Of a stretch of DNA of 64,000 bases, positions 20,839-30,641 are shown one piece after another; positions within the stretch are counted from its first letter, which is position 1, and every line of letters starts with the position of its first letter. The stretch spans positions 69,943 to 133,942 of the forward strand of contig CAYMVA010000032.1 in the NCBI GenBank assembly GCA_964393745.1. The letters are read 5' to 3'. The DNA comes from an uncultured Enterobacteriaceae bacterium (GTDB taxonomy: Bacteria > Pseudomonadota > Gammaproteobacteria > Burkholderiales > SG8-39). The notes below the pieces were generated by a model. The model did not search any database. It saw only the letters and a program-made list of their open reading frames with translations, and was not told where the DNA came from. The position numbers were made by a program, and so were the translations under genes.

Positions 20839-22119
20839 TCACTTGGGCCGCTTGTCCACGACCCGCTTCGCCTTGCCTATTGAGCGCTCAATGGTGGAGA
20901 TCGGCACCACGCGCACGTCGGTAGAGACCCCGATGTAGCTCTTGATGTTGTGCTGCAGCCGGGCGCCGGCGCCGGTGTCCTCGACCCCCGGGGCGAGCTC
21001 GACCAGCACCGTCAGGTGATCCAGCGGCCCGTCCTTGGAGAGCTCGAGCACGTAGTGCGGCGCAAGCTCGGGCTGCTTCAGGATCAGCTCCTCGATCTGC
21101 GACGGGAACAGGTTGACGCCGCGGATGATCAGCATGTCGTCCGAGCGCCCGGTGATTTTCTCCATGCGGCGCATGACGCGCGCCGTGCCCGGAAGCAGGC
21201 GCGTCAGGTCGCGCGTGCGGTAGCGGATCACCGGCAGCGCCTCCTTGGTGAGCGAGGTGAAAACCAGCTCTCCCATCTCGCCCTCGGGCAGCGACTTGCC
21301 GCTTTGCGGGTCGACAACCTCGGGAAAGAAGTGGTCCTCCCAGATGGTGAGGCCGTCCTTGGTCTCGGCGATCTCCTGCGCCACGCCCGGCCCCATCACT
21401 TCCGACAGGCCGTAGAGGTCGATCGCGCTCAGGCTGGTGCGCGCCTCGATCGACTTGCGCATCTCGTTGGTCCAGGGCTCGGCGCCGAAGATGCCGATGC
21501 GCAGCGAGCATTTCTTCGGGTCGATGCCCTGCTTTTCCATCTCGTCGGCGATCGCCAGCATATAGGAGGGCGTCACCATGATGATGTCGGGCTGGAAATC
21601 CTGGATCAGCTGCACCTGGCGCTCGGTCATGCCGCCCGAGAGCGGGATCGTGACCAGCCCCAGGCGCTCGGCACCGTAATGCGCGCCCAGGCCGCCGGTG
21701 AACAGGCCATAGCCGTAGGCGTTGTGCACCTTGTCCCCGGGGCGCGCGCCCGCGGCGCGGATCGAGCGCGCCATAACGTTGGCCCAGGTGTCGATGTCCT
21801 TGGCGGTGTAGCCGACCACGGTGGGCTTGCCGGTGGTGCCGCTCGAGGCGTGGATGCGCACCACCTTGTCCATCGGCACGGCGAACATGCCGAACGGGTA
21901 GGTCTCGCGCAGATCCGCCTTGGTGGTAAACGGGAATTTCGCCAGATCGGCAAGCGTGCGGCAGTCTGCGGGCTTGACCCCTGCGGCGTCGAATTTCTTG
22001 CGGTAGTGGGCGACGTTGTCGTAGGCATGCTGCAGCGACCACTTGAGGCGCTCGAGCTGCAGCTTGCGCAGCTCCGCCAGCGGCGCCTTCTCTACCGATT
22101 CCAGCGGAAATGTCGTCAT
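20839..22119 (-). CDS. paaK: Phenylacetate-CoA ligase
   Basis: 426 aa with MTTFPLESVEKAPLAELRKLQLERLKWSLQHAY and the AMP-binding motif SSGTTGKPTVV. Confidence 0.92.
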   Translation of the reverse strand: MTTFPLESVEKAPLAELRKLQLERLKWSLQHAYDNVAHYRKKFDAAGVKPADCRTLADLAKFPFTTKADLRETYPFGMFAVPMDKVVRIHASSGTTGKPTVVGYTAKDIDTWANVMARSIRAAGARPGDKVHNAYGYGLFTGGLGAHYGAERLGLVTIPLSGGMTERQVQLIQDFQPDIIMVTPSYMLAIADEMEKQGIDPKKCSLRIGIFGAEPWTNEMRKSIEARTSLSAIDLYGLSEVMGPGVAQEIAETKDGLTIWEDHFFPEVVDPQSGKSLPEGEMGELVFTSLTKEALPVIRYRTRDLTRLLPGTARVMRRMEKITGRSDDMLIIRGVNLFPSQIEELILKQPELAPHYVLELSKDGPLDHLTVLVELAPGVEDTGAGARLQHNIKSYIGVSTDVRVVPISTIERSIGKAKRVVDKRPK

Positions 22120-22120
22120 C

Positions 22121-22145
22121 CCTGAATCCTGGATCCTGAATCCTG
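22121..22145. promoter_or_regulatory. Candidate operator in the paaK/paaY divergent promoter region
   Basis: Direct repeat cctgaatcctg at 22121..22131 and 22135..22145 around a central ggatcc. Confidence 0.25.
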
Positions 22146-22188
22146 CCTTCCCCCGGAAATATTACACCGAGGACGCTAGAATCCGGTC

Positions 22189-22806
22189 ATGCCCAAGGTG
22201 TATTCGCTCGACGGCATCACGCCGGTGGTGCATGCGCTCGCGTACGTGCATCCGAGCGCGGTGCTGATCGGCGACGTGATCGTCGGCGCGCGCGTCTACG
22301 TCGGCCCCTGTGCCAGCCTGCGCGGCGACTTCGGCCGCATCGTCGTGGGCGAGGGCGCCAACATCCAGGATAGCTGCGTGTTGCATGCCTTCCCGGACCG
22401 CGATCTGGTGGTCGAGGCCGATGCCCACATCGGCCATGGCGCGGTGCTGCACGGCTGCGTGGTCAAGCGCGATGCGTTAATCGGCATCAACGCGGTGGTG
22501 AACGACAACGCGGTGGTGGGCGAATCGGCGTTCGTCGCCGCGATGGCGTTCGTCAAGGCCGAGTTCGTGGTGCCGGCGCGCACCCTGGTGGCGGGAATTC
22601 CGGCCAAGGTGCTGCGCGAGCTGACCAATGCAGAAATCGCCTGGAAGCGCGGCGCCACCCTCCAGTACCAGGAACTCGCCGCGCGCAGCCTCGCGACCAT
22701 GCGGCAGACCGAAGCGCTGGCTGCTGCAGAGCCGGACCGCAAGCGCTTCACCTCCGATGAGGTGCTGCCGCTCTCGGTGATGAAGGCGCGCGAGGGCAAA
22801 CCATGA
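22189..22806 (+). CDS. paaY: Hexapeptide-repeat protein PaaY (phenylacetate-pathway thioesterase / gamma-carbonic-anhydrase-like)
   Basis: Left-handed beta-helix repeats ([23 protein letters not shown]). It is divergent from paaK. Confidence 0.8.
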   Translation: MPKVYSLDGITPVVHALAYVHPSAVLIGDVIVGARVYVGPCASLRGDFGRIVVGEGANIQDSCVLHAFPDRDLVVEADAHIGHGAVLHGCVVKRDALIGINAVVNDNAVVGESAFVAAMAFVKAEFVVPARTLVAGIPAKVLRELTNAEIAWKRGATLQYQELAARSLATMRQTEALAAAEPDRKRFTSDEVLPLSVMKAREGKP

Positions 22807-22816
22807 CGGAGATTGC

Positions 22817-23593
22817 ATGAGCTACCAATTCATCACCACCGAAGTGAAGGGCCGGGTCGCGCTCGTCACCCTCAACCGCCCCAAGCAGATGAACGCACTC
22901 AACGCCACCCTGATGCAGGAACTCGGCGCTGCGCTCTACGCCTTCGACGCCGACGACGGCATCGGCGCCATCGTCATTACAGGCAACGACAAGGCGTTTG
23001 CCGCCGGCGCCGACATCGGCGCCATGAAGGATTTCGACTTCATGCACGCCTACAAGTCCGACTACATCACGCGCGACTGGGAGCACCTGCGCAACGTGCG
23101 CAAACCGGTGATAGCGGCGGTGGCGGGCTACGCGCTCGGCGGCGGCTGCGAGCTGGCGATGATGTGCGACCTCGTGATCGCGGCCGACAGCGCGCGTTTC
23201 GGCCAGCCCGAGATCAACCTCGGCACCTTTCCCGGCTCGGGCGGCACGCAGCGCCTGCCGCGCGCAGTCGGCAAAGCGAAGGCGATGGACCTGATCCTCA
23301 CCGCACGCATGATGGATGCGGCCGAAGCGGAGCGCGCCGGGCTGGTGTCGCGCGTGGTGCCGGCGGACAAGCTGATGGGCGAGGCGCTGGCGGTGGCGGA
23401 GAAAATCGCTTCCTACTCGCTGCCCGTGACGATGATGGCGAAGGAGGCGGTCAATCGCGCCTACGAGAGCACGCTCGCGGAAGGCGTGCGTTTCGAGCGG
23501 CGGCTGTTTCACGCTACTTTCGCGCTCGATGATCAGAAGGAAGGCATGGCGGCATTCGTCGCCAAGAGAAAGCCGAAGTTCCGCCACCGGTGA
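22817..23593 (+). CDS. Enoyl-CoA hydratase (crotonase family, PaaF-like)
   Basis: 258 aa with [16 protein letters not shown]...[14 protein letters not shown]...[11 protein letters not shown]. Confidence 0.9.
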   Translation: MSYQFITTEVKGRVALVTLNRPKQMNALNATLMQELGAALYAFDADDGIGAIVITGNDKAFAAGADIGAMKDFDFMHAYKSDYITRDWEHLRNVRKPVIAAVAGYALGGGCELAMMCDLVIAADSARFGQPEINLGTFPGSGGTQRLPRAVGKAKAMDLILTARMMDAAEAERAGLVSRVVPADKLMGEALAVAEKIASYSLPVTMMAKEAVNRAYESTLAEGVRFERRLFHATFALDDQKEGMAAFVAKRKPKFRHR

Positions 23594-23606
23594 CGCAGTC
23601 CCGGTG

Positions 23607-23669
23607 AAGGAACTTCGCCCCCGCGCACGCGGGGGCCCAAAGGAACTTTGCCTCCGCGGAGGCGGAGGT
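23607..23669 (+). repeat. Two tandem related GC hairpins downstream of the crotonase gene
   Basis: The units are gaaggaacttcgcccccgcgcacgcgggggc and aaaggaactttgcctccgcggaggcggaggt. Confidence 0.4.
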
Positions 23670-23751
23670 CCACACCATCGCTGACAGTTTCTGACACTTC
23701 TCACGCAATTTCTTCCGCAGCGGTTGCCGGGGGCAGGCAACCGGGCGGAAA

Positions 23752-24999
23752 ATGCATTCTTCTCAGGCGATTGATCGCGCGCGCATGTACAGGGAAATCC
23801 CGGTCGGGCAACTAAGAATCGGCATGTTCGTGGTCGAGCTCGATCGGCCCTGGACCGAGACGCCGTTCACCTTCCAGGGCTTCCTGCTCAAGAACGACAA
23901 GCAGCTCGAGATGCTGCGCCAGCTGTGCAAGAAGGTGTACGTCGACCCGGAGCGCTCCGATGTCGGGACCGTGGCGATCATGCATGCCTCCGGCACCCTG
24001 GTCAGCGCGCGCGCTGACCAGGTGCGCGGCGACACCTCGTACCCGGACCAAACCACCGTCGAGGGCGAACTGCCGGCCGCGCGCGCCGCATACGCCGAGG
24101 CCCGTACGCTGCTCGAGGACATGATCGCGGCGGTGCAGATCGGCAAGGTGATCGAGGGACCGAAATTGCGCGAGGCGGTCTCGAGGGTCACCGACAGCAT
24201 CGTGCGCAATCCCGACGCCATGATGCTGCTCACGCGGATGATGGAGAAAAGCAGCCACGTCGCGAACCGCGCGCTCGATGTCTCGATCTATATGCTGGTG
24301 TTCGGGCGCTTCCTGCAGCTGCCGCGGGAACGCCTCGATACCCTGGGCCTGCTCGGGCTGCTGCAGGACATCGGCAAGGTAAAGCTGCCGAACGAGCTGC
24401 TGGAGAAGCGCGGCAAGCTCACGCCCGCGGAGTACAAAGTGGCGCGCTCGCACGTGCAGGCCTCGGCCGATGTGCTGAGCGCCACCCCCGGGCTGCCCGC
24501 CGACCTCGCGGCGCTCGCGCTGCTGCACCACGAGCGCCATGACGGCACAGGCTACCCGAAGGGACTCAAAGGCGCCGAGATCGGCCTCGTCGGCTCGATT
24601 GCGGGCATCGTGGACACGTTCGACGCGCTCACCATGCCGCGCCCCTACGCCGAGCAGATGGCGCCCTCGAACGCGCTCAACCTGCTGTTCAAGGGCCGCG
24701 GCACGCAGTTCCACTCCGCGCTGGTGGAGCAGTTCATCCAGTGCATCGGCGTGTTTCCGGTCGGCGCCGTGGTCGAGCTGAACACGGGGGAGGTCGGCGT
24801 GGTGATTGCGCAGAACCTGGTGCGCCGGCTGCAGCCGCGCGTGATGGTGATCATGGACGCCGAGGGCCGGCCGCTGCGGCCGCACAAGATCCTCGACCTG
24901 GTGAAGGAACCCAAGGGCAGCGCCAACGAACCCTATCGCATCCGCCGTACGCTCGAGCACGGCAAAGTGGAGATCGATCCGCGGGAATTCTTCCTGTGA
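23752..24999 (+). CDS. HD-GYP domain c-di-GMP phosphodiesterase with a DUF3391-type N-terminus
   Basis: HHERHDGTGYPKGLKG and LLQDIGK motifs are present. An alternative start is the ATG at 23785. Confidence 0.85.
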   Translation: MHSSQAIDRARMYREIPVGQLRIGMFVVELDRPWTETPFTFQGFLLKNDKQLEMLRQLCKKVYVDPERSDVGTVAIMHASGTLVSARADQVRGDTSYPDQTTVEGELPAARAAYAEARTLLEDMIAAVQIGKVIEGPKLREAVSRVTDSIVRNPDAMMLLTRMMEKSSHVANRALDVSIYMLVFGRFLQLPRERLDTLGLLGLLQDIGKVKLPNELLEKRGKLTPAEYKVARSHVQASADVLSATPGLPADLAALALLHHERHDGTGYPKGLKGAEIGLVGSIAGIVDTFDALTMPRPYAEQMAPSNALNLLFKGRGTQFHSALVEQFIQCIGVFPVGAVVELNTGEVGVVIAQNLVRRLQPRVMVIMDAEGRPLRPHKILDLVKEPKGSANEPYRIRRTLEHGKVEIDPREFFL

Positions 25000-26813
25000 A
25001 CCACCCGGCGCCGGCGCCGGGACTGCATTCGGGTGAGCCGCCGCTCAGCCGCGAAGCGGTCGCGCGGCTGCTGGCGGAGTTCGGCGTCGACGAGGCGATG
25101 CTCGTGCGCCTCAACGAGCTCGGCAAGGCGATTCGCAGGGCCGCGCCCGAGGTGCTCGCGCCGGCGCGGCGCGAGAAGCTGCTCGCCGACGCCACCAACC
25201 AGTTTTTCATGCCGCTGCTGCAGCCGGCGATGTCTGAGCCGCCGCGCGCGATCCTGGAGGCGCTCGCGCGCGGCAGCCTTACGCGCGATGTGCTTGTCGA
25301 TCTGCTGGCGGGCTGGGCGATGTCGGTCAACCCGGAAGAGCCCACCGTGCGCATCCAGCGCGACTGCCTGCCGCAGCAGGAGATCCTCGGCACGGGCGCC
25401 ATGCGCGCCTACGGCGCGGACGCGGTTCGCCGCGAAGGCGCGCTCGCCGCGGTGGCGCGCCTTGTCGGCCTGCAGTACGCGGTCGCCGCGGCCGCGGTGG
25501 CCGCGGCCCGGGCCCGTGACGCGGCGCGCGCAGACCTGATGCCCGATTACGTGCCTTTCGTGGAGCAGCTGCGCAAGCGGGTCGAGGCGCGCGCCGCCGA
25601 CGGCCGGCCACTGGCGGTGCTGTACGTGGACTGCGGCGTGATTGCGCGCGTGGACGGCGTGTGGGGATTCCATGTCGGCGACGCGGTGCGCGCGCGCATC
25701 TTCGGCCGCATGAAAAGCGACGTGCTGCGGCCGCGCGACCTGCTCGGCGAAATCGGGCGCGACGAGTTCGCCTGCGTGCTCGACGCCATCGGCGGCGCAG
25801 GGTTGGCGGATCTCGCGGCGCAGAAGACGCTGCGCACGCTCACCGCGCCGCTGCGCTCCACCGACACCGAGGTGTACGCGAAGCCCGCGATCGGCATCGC
25901 GCTCTATCCCGAGCACGGGCGCAGCGCGGCCTCGCTGCTGCAGCACGCCAAGGTGGCGTGCAACGCTGCGCGCGACACGGTGGAGCGCGTCGCCGTCTAC
26001 AGCGAGCAGCAGGAAGACCCGCACGCGACGCTGATGCTGCACGAGGGCAGGCTGCGCGCGGCGATCGAGTCGAGCACGCTGGCGCTTGCCTTCCAGCCCC
26101 AGGTCCGACTCTCGGACCGGCGCATCGTCGGCGTCGAGAGCCTGCTGCGCTGGAATGACGCGGTGCTCGGGACGGTGCCACCGGGCAAGGCGATCGCGGT
26201 GGCCGATTCGGCGGGCCTCGCGAACGAGATCACCTGGTGGGTGCTGAACAACGCGCTGCGCCACTGCGCCGAATTCCGCGCGCGGGGCCTGGACCTGCGC
26301 GTCGGCGTGAACCTCACGGCGCACAACCTGCGCGAGCGCGACCTGCCCGATTTCGTGGACCGCGCGCTGCGCACCTGGGGCCTGGACGGCGACCGGCTGG
26401 TGATCGAGGTGACGGAGACCGCGGTGATCGGCGCTGGCAACGCCATTGCAGAGAGCTTCGCGCGGCTCAAGGCGCTCGGCGTGCGGCTCGCGATCGACGA
26501 TTTCGGCACCGGCTACTCGTCGATGAACTACCTCGCCACGATGCCGTTCGACGAGATGAAGATCGACCTCGCGTTCGTGAGCGACATGGCGCGCGTGCCG
26601 CAGCACGACCGCATCGTGCGCTCGCTCATCCATCTGGCGCACGACCTCGGGCTGGTGGTGGTGGCCGAGGGCGTGGAGGACGCAGCGGTCGCTACGCGCC
26701 TCGCCGAGCTCGGCTGCGACTTGATGCAGGGCTACTTCACCAGCGCGCCGCTCGACCCGGAGAGTCTGCTCGCCGCCTACGGCACGGGCACCGGCACCGT
26801 CACCCAGATTTGA
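24996..26813 (+). CDS. Degenerate GGDEF - EAL domain protein
   Basis: GTG at 24996 overlaps the HD-GYP stop (GTGA). The GGDEF site is degenerate (GRDEF). The EAL domain shows ESLLRW and DDFGTGYSS. Confidence 0.8.
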   Translation: MNHPAPAPGLHSGEPPLSREAVARLLAEFGVDEAMLVRLNELGKAIRRAAPEVLAPARREKLLADATNQFFMPLLQPAMSEPPRAILEALARGSLTRDVLVDLLAGWAMSVNPEEPTVRIQRDCLPQQEILGTGAMRAYGADAVRREGALAAVARLVGLQYAVAAAAVAAARARDAARADLMPDYVPFVEQLRKRVEARAADGRPLAVLYVDCGVIARVDGVWGFHVGDAVRARIFGRMKSDVLRPRDLLGEIGRDEFACVLDAIGGAGLADLAAQKTLRTLTAPLRSTDTEVYAKPAIGIALYPEHGRSAASLLQHAKVACNAARDTVERVAVYSEQQEDPHATLMLHEGRLRAAIESSTLALAFQPQVRLSDRRIVGVESLLRWNDAVLGTVPPGKAIAVADSAGLANEITWWVLNNALRHCAEFRARGLDLRVGVNLTAHNLRERDLPDFVDRALRTWGLDGDRLVIEVTETAVIGAGNAIAESFARLKALGVRLAIDDFGTGYSSMNYLATMPFDEMKIDLAFVSDMARVPQHDRIVRSLIHLAHDLGLVVVAEGVEDAAVATRLAELGCDLMQGYFTSAPLDPESLLAAYGTGTGTVTQI

Positions 26814-28018
26814 AGCCGGCCGCGCTCCTGCTCGCCGCCCACGTCTTCTCGATGCTGGGCTTCTCCACCTTTGCGGCGCTGCTGCCGGAGCTGCGCGACC
26901 TGTGGCAGCTGTCGAACTCAGGCGCGGGCGTCATCGCGAGCGCGTTCTTCGCCGGCTACGTGGCGACGGTGTCGTACTGGACTGCGCTCACCGACCGCAC
27001 CGATGCGAGGCTCGTGTACCTCGCCGGAAGCGCGCTTGCCGTGGCCGGCGCGCTCGGCTTCGGCATGGCCGCGGAGGGCCTCGCGAGCGCAGCCTGTTTC
27101 CAGTTCCTTCTTGGCATGGGGGTCGCCGGCAGCTACATGCCGGGACTGCGGCTGCTGTCGGACCGGCTCGCGGGACCGGCGCAGAGCCGCTTCGTCGCCT
27201 TCTACACCTCGTTCTTCGGCATCGGCACCGCGCTCTCGCTCGCGGTGACGGGCATGACCGCGGCCGCGTTCGGCTGGCGCGCCGCGTTCATCGTCTGCGC
27301 CGTCGGTCCGCTGCTTGCGGGCGCCATCGTCACGCTGGGTATAAGCGCCGGACCTCGCAGCGCGCACCCGGCGCGGGCGTTCTCGCTTGCGAGCTTGTTT
27401 CCGCTGGACGCCTGGCGCAGGGTGCTCGCCGATCGCGCCGCTACCGGCTATACGCTCGGCTACGTGGTGCATTGCATCGAGCTGTTCGGCTCGCGCGGCT
27501 GGATGGTGGCGTTCTTAGCCTACGCTGCGGGGTTGCAAGCAGCGGGCGAGGAGTTTCCGTGGAGCGCGGCGGCGATCGCCGCGCTGGTGAATCTGCTGTC
27601 GGTTCCCGCCTCCATTTTCGGCAACGAGGCGGCGCTGCGCATCGGGCGGCGGCGCTGGATTCTCGGCGTCATGCTGGCCTCTGGAGCCTGCGGCATCGCG
27701 CTCGCTTTCGCCGCGCCGCTGCACTGGGCGCTGGTGTTCGCGCTGATGTGCGCGCATTCGATGCTGGTGATGGCGGACTCTGGAACTCTCACCGCCGGGC
27801 TGGTGGCCGCGGCGCCGGCGGAGATGCGCGGCGCGGCGCTGGGGTTCTATTCGTTGGCCGGCTTTGCAGGCGGCATGCTCGGGCCGGTGATCTTCGGCGC
27901 CGCACTGGACTCGGCGGGCGGGTCGGGCGCCGGGCCGGCCTGGGTGTGGGCCTACGCCGCCATCGGCGCCGGCTGCCTCGCAGCGCCACTCGTGCTGCGG
28001 CTCGCGGCGCGGCGCTGA
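26810..28018 (+). CDS. MFS transporter
   Basis: TTG at 26810 overlaps the upstream stop (TTGA), with an alternative ATG at 26852. The profile suggests about 12 TM helices. Confidence 0.75.
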   Translation: MKPAALLLAAHVFSMLGFSTFAALLPELRDLWQLSNSGAGVIASAFFAGYVATVSYWTALTDRTDARLVYLAGSALAVAGALGFGMAAEGLASAACFQFLLGMGVAGSYMPGLRLLSDRLAGPAQSRFVAFYTSFFGIGTALSLAVTGMTAAAFGWRAAFIVCAVGPLLAGAIVTLGISAGPRSAHPARAFSLASLFPLDAWRRVLADRAATGYTLGYVVHCIELFGSRGWMVAFLAYAAGLQAAGEEFPWSAAAIAALVNLLSVPASIFGNEAALRIGRRRWILGVMLASGACGIALAFAAPLHWALVFALMCAHSMLVMADSGTLTAGLVAAAPAEMRGAALGFYSLAGFAGGMLGPVIFGAALDSAGGSGAGPAWVWAYAAIGAGCLAAPLVLRLAARR

Positions 28019-28031
28019 ACCGCGCCCGGCC

Positions 28032-28778
28032 TCAGTCGCGCTTATACGGCTCGTGCAGCTCTACCGGCCGCGCTGCGCGCTTGCGTAAGCGGATGTTGAG
28101 CATCTCCACCGCCACCGCGAACGCCATCGCGAAGTAGACGTAGCCTTTCGGGATCTCGTGCTTGAAGCCGGAGGCGATCAGCACCACGCCGATCACCACC
28201 AGGAAGGCGAGCGCCAGCATCTTGATCGTCGGGTGCTGCGAGACGAAAGCGCCGATCGGCCCCGCGAACAGCATCATCAAGGCCACCGAGACCACCACTG
28301 CGGCGACCATCACCTCGATCCAGGGCACCATGCCGACCGCGGTGATGATCGAATCGAGCGAAAACACCAGGTCGAGCAGCATGATCTGGCCGATCACCGC
28401 GCCGAAGGTCGCGCCCACCGCCGCCGAGCGCTCGCCTGCCACGCCTTCGAGGAGCTGGTGGATCTCCTTGACGGCTTTCCAAAGCAGGAACAAGCCGCCG
28501 CCGATCAAGATCAGGTCGCGCCCGGAAATCCGCTCGCCCAGCAAGGTGAAAAGAGGCGCGGTCAGGCCGATGATCCAGGACAGCACCAGCAGCAGGCCGA
28601 TGCGCATGAACATGGCGGCGGCGAGGCCGATGCGCCGCGCCCGCTCGCGCTCCCGCGGCGGCAGCTTGTCCACCAGAATGGTGATAAAGATGATGTTGTC
28701 GATGCCGAGCACCAGCTCGAGCGCGGTCAGGGTGGCGAACGCGATCCAGACCTGGGGATCGGAAAGCAGCTCGATCAT
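28032..28778 (-). CDS. TerC/Alx-family integral membrane protein
   Basis: MIELLSDPQVWIAFATLTALELVLGIDNIIFI. The ATG at 28778 is preceded by ggagaa. Confidence 0.85.
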   Translation of the reverse strand: MIELLSDPQVWIAFATLTALELVLGIDNIIFITILVDKLPPRERERARRIGLAAAMFMRIGLLLVLSWIIGLTAPLFTLLGERISGRDLILIGGGLFLLWKAVKEIHQLLEGVAGERSAAVGATFGAVIGQIMLLDLVFSLDSIITAVGMVPWIEVMVAAVVVSVALMMLFAGPIGAFVSQHPTIKMLALAFLVVIGVVLIASGFKHEIPKGYVYFAMAFAVAVEMLNIRLRKRAARPVELHEPYKRD

Positions 28779-28873
28779 CGGGGCTTCTCCGGTATGCAGT
28801 TGCGGCAAATAATAGGAGATAATCGCGCCGCCGGCCCGCTTCGGGATGCGGCACTTGCCATGCGGGAGGAAAT

Positions 28874-30538
28874 ATGGAGCGCATCTGGCTGAAGTCGTAC
28901 CCGAAGGGCGTGCCGGCCGACATCAACGTCGCCGAGTACGCCTCGCTGGCGGCGCTGTTCGACTCGAGCATCGCCAAGTACCGCGAGCGCGACGCCTTCC
29001 ACTGCATGGGCAAGACCATCAGCTTCGGCACGCTCGAAGAGGGGTCTCGCAAGTTCGGCGCCTGGCTGCAGGGCAAGGGCCTCGCCAAGGGCGCGCGCGT
29101 CGCGCTCATGATGCCCAACTGCCTGCAGTACCCGGTGGCGATGTTCGGCGTGCTGCGCGCCGGCATGACGGTGGTGAACGTCAACCCGCTGTACACCCCG
29201 CGCGAGCTCGAGCACCAGCTCAAGGACTCGGGCGCGGAAGCGATCGTGATCCTGGAGAACTTCGCCAGCATCCTGCAGGAAGTGCTGCCGAAGACCCCGC
29301 TGAAGCACGTGGTGGTGACTTCGCTCGGCGAGATGCTCGGCGTCAAGGGCCTGATCGTCAATTTCGTGGTGCGCAACGTGAAGAAGATGGTGCCGGCCTT
29401 CGACCTGCCAGGCGCGATCCGGTTCGGCGACGCGCTCGCCGAGGGCGCCGGCAGGCAGCTCGCGACGCCGCCGCTCGGGCACGAAGACATCGCCTATCTG
29501 CAGTACACCGGCGGCACCACCGGCGTGTCGAAAGGCGCGGTGCTCACGCACAAGAACGTGATCGCGGCGCTGCTGCAGTACCGCGTCTGGCTCGCGCCGG
29601 CGATCGGCGAGGAGCAACCCAGGATCATCACCGCGCTGCCGCTGTATCACATCTTCTCGCTCACGGTGAACTGCCTTTCCATGATGGTGGTCGGCGGCTG
29701 CAACATCCTGATCACCAACCCGCGCGACATCCCGGGCTTCGTCAAGGAGCTGGGCAAGCACCGCTACACCATGATCACGGGCGTCAACACGCTGTTCAAC
29801 GCGCTGCTCAACCACCCGGATTTCGCCAAGCTCGGCTTCTCGCACGTCAAGCTCGCGCTCGGCGGCGGCATGGCGGTGCAGAAAGCGGTGGCGGAGAAGT
29901 GGCAGCAGGTCACCGGCACCGTGCTGCTTGAGGGCTACGGCCTCACCGAGACCGCGCCCTCGGCAACCGCGAACCCGCTCGATCAGAAGGAGTTCAGCGG
30001 CACGATCGGCGTGCCGCTGCCTTCGACCGAGATCGTGCTGCGCGACGACAACGACAAGGACGTGGCGCTCGGCCAGCCGGGCGAGATCTGCATCCGCGGC
30101 CCGCAGGTGATGCGCGGCTACTGGCAGCGCGATGACGAGACCGCCAAGGTGCTCGGCGCCGACCGCTTCCTGCACACCGGCGACATCGGCATCATGGACG
30201 AGAAGGGCTTCATCCGCATCGTGGATCGCAAGAAGGACATGATCCTGGTGTCGGGCTTCAACGTCTACCCGAACGAGCTCGAGCAGGTGGTGGCGATGAT
30301 GCCCGGGGTGCTGGAGGTGGCGGCGATCGGCGTGCCGGACCAGCATTCCGGCGAAGTGCCGAAGCTGTTCATCGTGAAAAAAGACCCGAGCCTGACCGAG
30401 GCGCAAGTGCTCGCGTTCTGCAAGGAGCAGCTCACCGGCTACAAGCGCCCGAAGCACGTCGAGTTCCGCGCCGATCTGCCCAAGACCAACGTCGGCAAGA
30501 TCCTGCGCCGCGCGCTGCGCGACGAAAAGAAAGCGTAA
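28874..30538 (+). CDS. fadD: Long-chain-fatty-acid-CoA ligase
   Basis: 554 aa with [14 protein letters not shown] and the AMP-binding motif [15 protein letters not shown] gggagga. Confidence 0.92.
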   Translation: MERIWLKSYPKGVPADINVAEYASLAALFDSSIAKYRERDAFHCMGKTISFGTLEEGSRKFGAWLQGKGLAKGARVALMMPNCLQYPVAMFGVLRAGMTVVNVNPLYTPRELEHQLKDSGAEAIVILENFASILQEVLPKTPLKHVVVTSLGEMLGVKGLIVNFVVRNVKKMVPAFDLPGAIRFGDALAEGAGRQLATPPLGHEDIAYLQYTGGTTGVSKGAVLTHKNVIAALLQYRVWLAPAIGEEQPRIITALPLYHIFSLTVNCLSMMVVGGCNILITNPRDIPGFVKELGKHRYTMITGVNTLFNALLNHPDFAKLGFSHVKLALGGGMAVQKAVAEKWQQVTGTVLLEGYGLTETAPSATANPLDQKEFSGTIGVPLPSTEIVLRDDNDKDVALGQPGEICIRGPQVMRGYWQRDDETAKVLGADRFLHTGDIGIMDEKGFIRIVDRKKDMILVSGFNVYPNELEQVVAMMPGVLEVAAIGVPDQHSGEVPKLFIVKKDPSLTEAQVLAFCKEQLTGYKRPKHVEFRADLPKTNVGKILRRALRDEKKA

Positions 30539-30578
30539 AGGCCGCGCATTAGCACGGGCGCGCCGGCGGACGGCGAAC

Positions 30579-30597
30579 TGTAAAGTGTGACTTTACA
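30579..30597. repeat. AT-rich palindrome, repeat family B (TGTAAAG-N5-CTTTACA)
   Basis: tgtaaagtgtgactttaca. A near-identical copy lies at 58715..58735. Confidence 0.6.
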
Positions 30598-30641
30598 CTT
30601 GTGATCCACCGGGGCAGCCGCCATTGCGGCGCCGTGCAGAA

